Below are positions 1 through 6,731 of a DNA stretch of 21,583 nt, piece by piece. The stretch's first letter is position 1. Every line of letters starts with the position of its first letter. Under the pieces are notes generated by a model that worked only from the letters and a program-made list of their open reading frames with translations, did not search any database and was not told where the DNA came from. The DNA comes from Planctomycetota bacterium (lineage in GTDB: Bacteria; Planctomycetota; SZUA-567; H5-PLA8): the NCBI GenBank assembly GCA_038227875.1, contig JBBRPR010000096.1, positions 1 through 21,583 of the forward strand, given 5' to 3'. The translations under genes were made by a program, and so were the position numbers.

Positions 1-887
1 CTGATTTGCGAGGGCGCTGAGTTGGCCCTCGCGCTTGGGCGGCTCATGGATGTCGATGTGGGGCTGCTCGTGCTGTTGAGATAGGCGGGACTCGAAGTCT
101 TCGCGGGTTTGCAGCGGGTGGTGGTGTGGCTGCGCTTCCAAGGTTTGGGTTTGGGCTTGTAGCTCGCGGGGTGGAGGGTGATAGGGGCTTCGTGTTGCTT
201 GATCAACTCTTCCGTGGCGGCTTCAACTTGTTCTTTGACGGTGCGCGTGGGGTCAAAGGGTTTCGGTTGGACTTCTTCGATGGGCTGCGGTGCGGTGACG
301 TTCTTCGGTGTGCCGTCGTCGTGGACGGGGTTGTTCGCCCAAGCGTGAACGTAGTCGGGCTGGAAGCCGGCGCAGGCGCCGGGCTCGGCGCGGTCCCCTT
401 CGGTTCCGGGACGGTCGGCACGGTCGGCACGGTCGCCGGGTTCGCGGTCTTTCGAATGGAAGGAGACTTTTTCGACGGCTTCGGCTTCCTGCAGTTCGGG
501 GAGTTTGTCGTTGAGCAGACTGGTCGGGTTCGGCAGCTTCGCGTTGAAGCCCATCAGGTCCCAGAAGCGTTGCGTGTGGCGGAGGATCGCGGTGCAGCTC
601 AGGCGGCGTTCCATGTCGGTCGTGTTGACCTTCAGGATCATGTGGCGGAGTTGCTGCGCGGAATCGAGTCCGCCTTCGATGAAGGTTTGCGCGGTGAGCT
701 GGACTTGCGTCCGCATGCCAGCCATGTTCTCGCCGACGGTTTTGCTGAGCGCCTGATCGAATGCGGGGATTTTCTTCCAACGGCAGAGGGTCTGGCGGCT
801 GATGTCGAGCTCCTGGGCGATCGAGTTGATGTCTTTTCCCAGCGATAATAGAACGATGGCGCGTTGTTGATTGACGTGCAGGGCCAT
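1..887 (-). CDS. N-terminal helix-turn-helix protein (homeodomain-like / phBC6A51-type HTH) with low-complexity C-terminus; 3' end lies outside the window
   Basis: Translated by hand from ATG at 887: MALHVNQQRAIVLLSLGKDINSIAQELDISRQTLCRWKKIPAFDQAL... The frame stays open to the window edge, so it has no stop and is absent from the ORF track. Strong RBS AAGGAGGAG lies just upstream. IAQELDISRQTLCRWK is a typical HTH. Confidence 0.8.
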   Translation of the reverse strand, partial: MALHVNQQRAIVLLSLGKDINSIAQELDISRQTLCRWKKIPAFDQALSKTVGENMAGMRTQVQLTAQTFIEGGLDSAQQLRHMILKVNTTDMERRLSCTAILRHTQRFWDLMGFNAKLPNPTSLLNDKLPELQEAEAVEKVSFHSKDREPGDRADRADRPGTEGDRAEPGACAGFQPDYVHAWANNPVHDDGTPKNVTAPQPIEEVQPKPFDPTRTVKEQVEAATEELIKQHEAPITLHPASYKPKPKPWKRSHTTTRCKPAKTSSPAYLNSTSSPTSTSMSRPSARANSAPSQI

Positions 888-942
888 GGGTTTCTCCTCC
901 TTATTTTCATCCATCATATTAGGGTTTTGTTCACATGTCAGA

Positions 943-970
943 AGATTACACCGTAGGATTGGGATGTCAA
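943..970 (-). promoter_or_regulatory. Putative sigma70-type promoter for the HTH gene
   Basis: Minus strand reads TTGACA-N16-TAATCT, about 55 nt upstream of ATG 887, in an AT-rich stretch. Confidence 0.5.
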
Positions 971-1100
971 TAGTTATTTTGTTAAAAACCGGGAAAGTGA
1001 TGTTTGGGGATTAGCGTGGGTTATTCCGAGAGACTGTGCGCAATCCCCTCACCCCGCGAGAGCTCGATCCGGACGTATCGGACGGGCGGGGATTGTTCGC

Positions 1101-1146
1101 GAGTGTGCCACTGGTGGCTTAACGGCTAGCCACCAGTGGCACACTC
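1101..1146. repeat. Perfect 19-bp inverted repeat (REP-like hairpin)
   Basis: GAGTGTGCCACTGGTGGCT (1101-1119), 8-nt loop, AGCCACCAGTGGCACACTC (1128-1146). Lies between divergent genes and has no U-tract. Confidence 0.85.
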
Positions 1147-1218
1147 CGACGGTTCTCATTGCAAGAGAATCGTGATTGTCCAAATTACAAGCGCGGCGTC
1201 CATCTATTTGGCAACAGG

Positions 1219-1247
1219 TTGCTCTGTGGGTGGGGCGGTGGTAATTT
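1219..1247 (+). promoter_or_regulatory. Putative sigma70-type promoter for the E2-like gene
   Basis: TTGCTC-N17-TAATTT with extended -10 TGG. ATG 1257 follows 9 nt later with no SD sequence. Confidence 0.45.
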
Positions 1248-1256
1248 CAAACGTCT

Positions 1257-2267
1257 ATGGAATCCGAATCCGAAACGACTGAACCGACGCCAACGCCGAC
1301 TTCGACGCCTTCACGCTTGCCGCGTGCGCCCGTCGGTCTTCCGCCTGAAGGTCCGCCGGCGATTTCGCCGCGGGCCAGACGGGCGGCAAAGAACATGGAT
1401 GTGCCGCTCCAGGCGCTACCGATTCCCGCGCCGGGTAAACGCATCACCGAACGCGATGTGCTTGCGGCGGCGAAGCAAAGCAAATCCGTTCCGATGACCA
1501 CGGCGGCGCGCAAACTCGCGGCGGCGCGGGGCGTCGATGGGGCGGAGCTCAGCGGTAAGATCAAGCGGCGGCTGAAGAGCCAGGACGTCGCGAAGCTCAA
1601 TCCCGTGGAGCTCCGGCAGCCGGCTGAACGGGTGAAGCTTTCTCACGAAGAACTGGAACACGCGGTGCGTGCGACGACCTTGATTCGCGACGTGCCGCAG
1701 ATTGGCGTCGATGCGTTTCTGCCGCGCGTTCGCGGCGCGGCGCTCGCCCCTTCCCTGCTCCACGCCATCGCGCAGCTGCTCACCGAAGAAACTTTCAAAC
1801 CGTTCCGCGCGGTGCTCGATGGCGACGACTGCGTCTACCGCGGGCAGCTCAACCTGAATTATGTAGCACATCGTGCCGACGGGGCGACGGCCGACAGTCA
1901 CCTCCTGCAAAATACCGAAAAGCTTTCACCCGAGGCCATCGGTGACGTGCTGGCTCAAGCGCCGGTACCATTTGATGCATTGCAAGCGGGAGTGCTGATT
2001 ACGGTCCGGGATTTGAGTGCGCTTCCCGTTGATGGTTTTCGAGCAGAGGTCGAGCCGGGACAGTCGGCAGTGATTACCGTATCGGGGCTGCAATCTCGGA
2101 TGGTGCACAGCGTCGAGCGTGGGGAATGGGTGTTCGAACAGGGATGGCGGATCTATATGGGGGCGGACGCACGAGTGATCACGCCAGAATTGTCAGGATT
2201 TTTTATTTCTCGCCTGAAATCCCGCATCGAGAATCCGTCTACACGTGTACATAATTGTGCAAGTTAG
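1257..2267 (+). CDS. 2-oxoacid dehydrogenase E2 (dihydrolipoamide acyltransferase)-like protein: two E3-binding domains plus a degenerate catalytic domain, no lipoyl domain
   Basis: E3-binding-like motifs ISPRARRAAKNMDV...GKRITERDV and MTTAARKLAAARGVD...RRLKSQDV. The C-terminus IYMGADARVITPELSGFFISRLKSRIENP aligns with canonical LSxDHRxxDGAxxxxFLxxLKxxLENP. Confidence 0.8.
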   Translation: MESESETTEPTPTPTSTPSRLPRAPVGLPPEGPPAISPRARRAAKNMDVPLQALPIPAPGKRITERDVLAAAKQSKSVPMTTAARKLAAARGVDGAELSGKIKRRLKSQDVAKLNPVELRQPAERVKLSHEELEHAVRATTLIRDVPQIGVDAFLPRVRGAALAPSLLHAIAQLLTEETFKPFRAVLDGDDCVYRGQLNLNYVAHRADGATADSHLLQNTEKLSPEAIGDVLAQAPVPFDALQAGVLITVRDLSALPVDGFRAEVEPGQSAVITVSGLQSRMVHSVERGEWVFEQGWRIYMGADARVITPELSGFFISRLKSRIENPSTRVHNCAS

Positions 2268-2312
2268 TGCATTCGGCGCCGTTAGTTTGACAGACGATCA
2301 GCGAGAATGTGA

Positions 2313-2996
2313 ATGAAGAGCGATTTCGAGTTGATGGCGAAGTTCAAGAGCGGCGACCCGGCCGCGTTTCATGCTCTCGCTCGTCGGCACCACGTCTCGG
2401 TTTACAACTTTTTTCTGATGCTCACCGGCCGCGAAACGGCCGCCCAGGAGCTCACCCGCGGCATCTTCGAGCAGCTGGTCGCTGACCGCTACCGCCTGCC
2501 GCTGGAACGGAAGTTTTCGACCAGTCTTTACCGCCTGGGTTACAGCCGCTGGGTGGCGTTTGAACAGTCGGGCGGGAACCGCCGCCACGAACCGGACGCG
2601 CCGGCCACGCAGGAAGCCGACAAGCTGGAACAAATTGCCGCACAAAAGGAATCCTTGCGCTTGCTGGCGCTCTTGCCCCGCGAGCTCAAGTTCCTGATGG
2701 TCTTAAGCGAAACGCTGCGCCTGAGCTTCCGCGAGATCGCCGAGATTCTCGACATCTCCGAAGAAGCGGTGGCGCGCCGCCTGTCCGACACGTACGGAAT
2801 TCTCACCGGCTCACTGCAGCAGCCCGCGCTGGAAGCGCCGAAGATCGTGCCGCCTCCGCCGCGAGCTCAGGCGCAATTGCCGGCGCCGCAGACGCCACTT
2901 CCTTCTGAACCCGTCGTGCCGCCGACACCGGAAGCGGCTTCCAGTGGCGAGTACCCCACAGGAAGTTCTGGCGCCACCGGGGAAAAGGCGGAGTAG
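2313..2996 (+). CDS. ECF (sigma-70 group 4) RNA polymerase sigma factor, divergent, with Pro-rich C-terminal tail
   Basis: SDFELMAKFKSGDPAAFHALARRH is a typical ECF N-terminus. LALLPRELKFLMVLSETLRLSFREIAEILDISEEAVARRL is region 4. The gene sits immediately upstream of an anti-sigma. Confidence 0.85.
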   Translation: MKSDFELMAKFKSGDPAAFHALARRHHVSVYNFFLMLTGRETAAQELTRGIFEQLVADRYRLPLERKFSTSLYRLGYSRWVAFEQSGGNRRHEPDAPATQEADKLEQIAAQKESLRLLALLPRELKFLMVLSETLRLSFREIAEILDISEEAVARRLSDTYGILTGSLQQPALEAPKIVPPPPRAQAQLPAPQTPLPSEPVVPPTPEAASSGEYPTGSSGATGEKAE

Positions 2997-2999
2997 TCC

Positions 3000-4094
3000 A
3001 TGAAATGCTCTGAGAACACCGCCAACCTCGCCGCGTATCTCCATGATGAATTGACGTCGTACGACGAAGACACGTTCCAGCTCCATCTGTCCGTCTGCAT
3101 CGCCTGCCGCGACAAACACGCCAAAGCGCGCGACGTACTGCTCCGATTTCAGCGCACCGTGCCGATGGAACCGTCGGCGATCGCGCGCGAAGACCTGCAC
3201 CGCAGCATCGATGTGGCGTTACGCAAGTCCGGCTCGCAGCCGCCGATCCGATTCCGCGACGGATCGGAAGTGCGCTGGCGCCGCCCGTTTGCCGCGAAGC
3301 CCTTCGCGCTGCCGATGCGCCGCACGCCCGCGCTGCCGGCTCCCGCGGCACCGACTGAAACGCCAGCGAATGCCAACCCGGGCGCGACGCCTGTGCCGAG
3401 CGGGCAGAACGTTCAGAACGCCGACACGCTTTCACCGTCCGCGCGCGTGGTTTCGGCGCGGTTGGAGAGCATCACCCGCCGCCGCAAACGCCTGCGCGTG
3501 CGCCGTGGTTTTTGGATGGCACTGGCCGTCGTCGCGCTGGCCGGTGGAGTCTTCACGTACTGGACCAGCCGCAACACCGCGCGACCGGTCACGCATCCGA
3601 CGATTTCAAAAGAGGAGTGCCTAGCGCGCCAGCGCTGGAACGAACGCCATGCGGCGTTTGAGCGCCAGCACGATGGCGGCGCGTCGCTGCTGATCAACCG
3701 GCAGATCGATCTCACCGGCCAGATCGGCACGACGGCCGTACGCGTCGTACCGCATGTCGACCCGCATTCCGGCGAAAGCTGTCTGGTCATCTACCGCGAG
3801 GAAGATCTCCGCGCGATTTACGCCGACGAGCAGTACGATCCGGCCGCGTTCAAGAAAACCCTGGGCAGCAGCATGGAAGTGGTCCCCGTCAACGGCAACA
3901 TCGCGCTCCCCGCGCAGTGGATTGAGACCTGCGTCGGCGCCGAGAACCGCGTGGTGATCCTGAAGCTGGAAAACCGCCTGGAGTTCTGGTCCTATGCGCG
4001 CCTGGAAAAGTACCTCGCGACGGGACCGACGTTCGACGCGACGGCGAATCTCGCGGTGGTGAATGGGTTGCCTGTTGTAGACCGGCGTTTTTAA
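3000..4094 (+). CDS. zf-HC2 (ZAS) transmembrane anti-sigma factor with a MraZ-like C-terminal domain
   Basis: N-terminal MKC...AYLHDEL...HLSVCIAC (HxxxCxxC), then a Pro/Ala linker, basic run RRRKRLRVRR and TM helix FWMALAVVALAGGVFTYW. Starts 3 nt after the sigma stop. The MraZ-like tail call is less certain than the anti-sigma call. Confidence 0.8.
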   Translation: MKCSENTANLAAYLHDELTSYDEDTFQLHLSVCIACRDKHAKARDVLLRFQRTVPMEPSAIAREDLHRSIDVALRKSGSQPPIRFRDGSEVRWRRPFAAKPFALPMRRTPALPAPAAPTETPANANPGATPVPSGQNVQNADTLSPSARVVSARLESITRRRKRLRVRRGFWMALAVVALAGGVFTYWTSRNTARPVTHPTISKEECLARQRWNERHAAFERQHDGGASLLINRQIDLTGQIGTTAVRVVPHVDPHSGESCLVIYREEDLRAIYADEQYDPAAFKKTLGSSMEVVPVNGNIALPAQWIETCVGAENRVVILKLENRLEFWSYARLEKYLATGPTFDATANLAVVNGLPVVDRRF

Positions 4095-4102
4095 TCTCGC
4101 GA

Positions 4103-4137
4103 AACGGCGGGATTCCCGATTCCCGAATCCCGCTGTT
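4103..4137. terminator. Hairpin between convergent genes, probable (bidirectional) terminator
   Basis: AACGGCGGGATTC / 9-nt loop / GAATCCCGCTGTT (13 bp, one G-U pair) between the stops at 4094 and 4146. U-tract is weak. Confidence 0.55.
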
Positions 4138-4145
4138 AACCAACA

Positions 4146-4718
4146 CTACTCCAACGCCCAAGCATCCGGATCGTGCTTCACCTTGCGTAAATGGTGCGAG
4201 CGGATCTTCATGAAGAATTTGTCATACGTGCCATTCTTATAATCGGGAAATGTGAAAAAGTGGCCCTCCCACGAATCCACGCGGAAACTCATGGTGATTT
4301 CGGCGAATATGCCGTCTCTTAAATAGATCCGGTGCGCGAAGTCTTTGGTCGTGGCGAGCACCAGCTTGGCGCCGGTGACGTAGCCGGCATCAAGGTTGAT
4401 CGGACGCGCGGGCAGCGTTGCTCCAGAGGCAGCGAGCGTGTCTTTCAGCTCGAGTTCCATGCGGTTGGTGGCGAGTTTCCAATCGGCGAGGTCGGCGGGA
4501 TCGCGCAGTTTGCGGAAGGTGAAGAACTGCCGCTTCAACATCGGGCCCATGCTGGCGGTGTAATACTCGGTTTTCTCGAACGGGTAGAGCGGGCTTTCGA
4601 GCTCGATGGGACCGAAAAGATTTTCCAGGGGCGCGCGTGCGGCCTGGAAAAATGCGGCATCGGATGCAAGCATGGCTACCAAAGGTGTCACGCGCCGCGG
4701 AGATCGAAGTTCGCCCAT
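4146..4718 (-). CDS. DUF4416 family protein
   Basis: Characteristic motifs FGPI..S..YPF..TEYY..SMG..LKRQF, RPINLDAGY, LVLATTKDFAHRIYLRDGIFAEIT and FTFPDY. Confidence 0.85.
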   Translation of the reverse strand: MGELRSPRRVTPLVAMLASDAAFFQAARAPLENLFGPIELESPLYPFEKTEYYTASMGPMLKRQFFTFRKLRDPADLADWKLATNRMELELKDTLAASGATLPARPINLDAGYVTGAKLVLATTKDFAHRIYLRDGIFAEITMSFRVDSWEGHFFTFPDYKNGTYDKFFMKIRSHHLRKVKHDPDAWALE

Positions 4719-4843
4719 ATTTCACATTTTAATTTGGGCGGCGCCACTTACCATACCAAGTTGAAAGACTGTCGAACCTTCGATGCCGTTGGTCATCCGA
4801 TACATTCAAGGTTCGAAATCTTTTAGAGGAGCTTGCCCTGAGC

Positions 4844-6730
4844 TTGTCGAAGGAGTTTGATTTGATTACGCAACGCGCCCGGTTTACCGGGTTGCTTTTC
4901 GTCACGCTGCTTTCCATGACGGTCTTGAACGCGAGCGATGCGCCCGAGACCACACCCCCAGCCACCGCGCCCGCACCGAGTGCGGATGCACCGAAAGCCC
5001 CCAGCGACCTGCAGCGCCTGATCGCGGCAACTGGCACCGAGCCGCTGTGCGTCGTCGGCGTTCAAGACGTCAAGACGCTGCCGGAACGATTCGCGAAAAC
5101 GAATCTCAGCCAGATGCTCATCGACCCCACCTACGAAAAAGGGCTCACGACCATCAAGGGGCTGTTGAATGACAATTCCGGCGTGGAATTGAAGGAGTTC
5201 CTCACGCGCGCCGTGAAATTCATTGACGGACCCGCCGCTATTGTGGTGTCTGCCGGGCCCGATGGCATCGCTTACACCGCCTACGTTCAGGCCAAAAGCG
5301 AAGGATCGGCCAAGCAACTCGCTTCGATCTGGCCGGACGTGAAGGATCCCGGTCAGCTTTTTTCCGTGCTGAAGCTCAAGGCCCTGCTGGCCAAGGACCT
5401 GCCCGACGCGACAGCGGCGCTGCCGGATTGGGCCAGCAAGAATTTTCCCGACGGCGACGTCGCCATCATCGTCTCCCCGCGCAAAATGGTGAAGGCTCTC
5501 GAGAAGGCCATCGCCGACAACAAGCTGGATTCCAAAGCCAAGCCGCAGGCGCTGGCGGAGATTGAGCAGACGGGCATTGAGCGCCTGGCGCTGGGCATCG
5601 CCATCGACGGCGAATCGTTCACGGACAATCTGACTCTGGACCTGGCTCCCGATGCCGACAACACATTCACGCATGTCATCACCGCGCTGAAGGAAAAGCC
5701 GAAAGGCTGGGATTCGCTGCTGGCGGCGATGCCGTCCGATGGCGACTTGGTGGTGCTGATGCAGTCGGATCTGAAAGCGGTGAGCGCAGATCTGCCGTTT
5801 GCGATTCAGCCGCTGGAACGCTACCTGCGCGGAAAACGCTGGGCTAAAAAGGTGGGAATCACGTCGGAAGCACTGGACCCCAAGCGCTTCGATTTTCTGG
5901 TCAATCATCTGCACGGAGAACTGGGCATTTCCGCCAAGCCCACGCTGACGGCCGAATTGCATCTCTGCGTGGCCGGAGCGCTGAAGCCCGGCGAAACCGA
6001 CGCGGTCCGCGACGATTTCGTGAAGGGTTTGAATTCCCTGAGTGCCACGTTCGAAACGCTGCAGGGCGTGCCCAAGATCGGCAACAATGCGCCGCTGGGC
6101 GCGCAGTTTCAGGGACGAGGGATTTTCACCGCGCCGGTGATCGGCCTGAGCCCCGGCTGGTCGTGGCTCTGCTCGAATCTCGCGACGTATCAGGAATTGA
6201 CTTCGTCCCTGGCGAAAGGCCGCACGCTGGCCAATGCGTTCAAGAATGAAACAGCCCGATTGAATGCCGGCGGCGCCAAGGTGGAGCTCTGGCATCCGGA
6301 AGACGCGCTGCGCGTGCAGATCAGCCTCGAACGGGTGGTGCAACTTGCGTACACGGCGTGGCTGCTTTCCGGCGAGGACGGCCCGTTCATCGCCGGCTGG
6401 CGCGTGCCGTCGGACATGCTTCCGCCACCGCAGCTTTTCCAGGGGCGACTGGGCAGTCTGCGCGTGGGGCTGAGCCGCTCGGGGCGCACACTTTCTAGCT
6501 ACTCGCACTGCTCGATTCCCGGCGTCTCGGGGCTCTCCGTGCTGTTGATGGGTGAGTTGTCCAACGCGGTGGAAGACGGCCGCGACTTCGCGAAGAATCC
6601 GCCGCCGCCCGCGCCCGATCGGCCTGCGACGGTGAAGCAGAAAAAGAAAGCCGCCAAGGAAGACGCTGATCCGGCAATGGGCGATGACGAGACCAAGCAA
6701 GCCGCGAAGCCCAAGGGAGATCAGCCGTAA
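4844..6730 (+). CDS. Secreted hypothetical protein (628 aa)
   Basis: Long ORF with GC3-type codon bias. Signal-peptide-like RARFTGLLFVTLLSMTVLNA-SD followed by a Pro-rich linker; charged C-terminal tail. TTG start with GAGGAG upstream; exact start uncertain. Confidence 0.75.
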   Translation: MSKEFDLITQRARFTGLLFVTLLSMTVLNASDAPETTPPATAPAPSADAPKAPSDLQRLIAATGTEPLCVVGVQDVKTLPERFAKTNLSQMLIDPTYEKGLTTIKGLLNDNSGVELKEFLTRAVKFIDGPAAIVVSAGPDGIAYTAYVQAKSEGSAKQLASIWPDVKDPGQLFSVLKLKALLAKDLPDATAALPDWASKNFPDGDVAIIVSPRKMVKALEKAIADNKLDSKAKPQALAEIEQTGIERLALGIAIDGESFTDNLTLDLAPDADNTFTHVITALKEKPKGWDSLLAAMPSDGDLVVLMQSDLKAVSADLPFAIQPLERYLRGKRWAKKVGITSEALDPKRFDFLVNHLHGELGISAKPTLTAELHLCVAGALKPGETDAVRDDFVKGLNSLSATFETLQGVPKIGNNAPLGAQFQGRGIFTAPVIGLSPGWSWLCSNLATYQELTSSLAKGRTLANAFKNETARLNAGGAKVELWHPEDALRVQISLERVVQLAYTAWLLSGEDGPFIAGWRVPSDMLPPPQLFQGRLGSLRVGLSRSGRTLSSYSHCSIPGVSGLSVLLMGELSNAVEDGRDFAKNPPPPAPDRPATVKQKKKAAKEDADPAMGDDETKQAAKPKGDQP

Positions 6731-6731
6731 A

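Noticed and set aside
411..435. 9-bp tandem repeat ACGGTCGGC (~2.8 copies)
   Set aside because: In-frame low-complexity coding repeat (DRADRADR); too short and spacer-less for CRISPR.
126..848. 240-aa plus-strand ORF
   Set aside because: Antisense shadow of the minus-strand HTH gene, which has the RBS, promoter and a recognisable motif.
1..1146. Possible prophage edge (terminase-small-like HTH)
   Set aside because: No integrase, large terminase, structural gene or att/tRNA site is visible in the window.
1257..2267. Calling the E2-like gene a functional aceF/pdhC/sucB or a pseudogene
   Set aside because: It lacks the lipoyl domain and catalytic His, so it is not a normal E2. The frame is intact with its own candidate promoter, so pseudogene status is unsupported.
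2287..2315. TTGACA upstream of the ECF sigma gene as an internal promoter
   Set aside because: No acceptable -10 hexamer at 16-18 nt spacing before the start codon.
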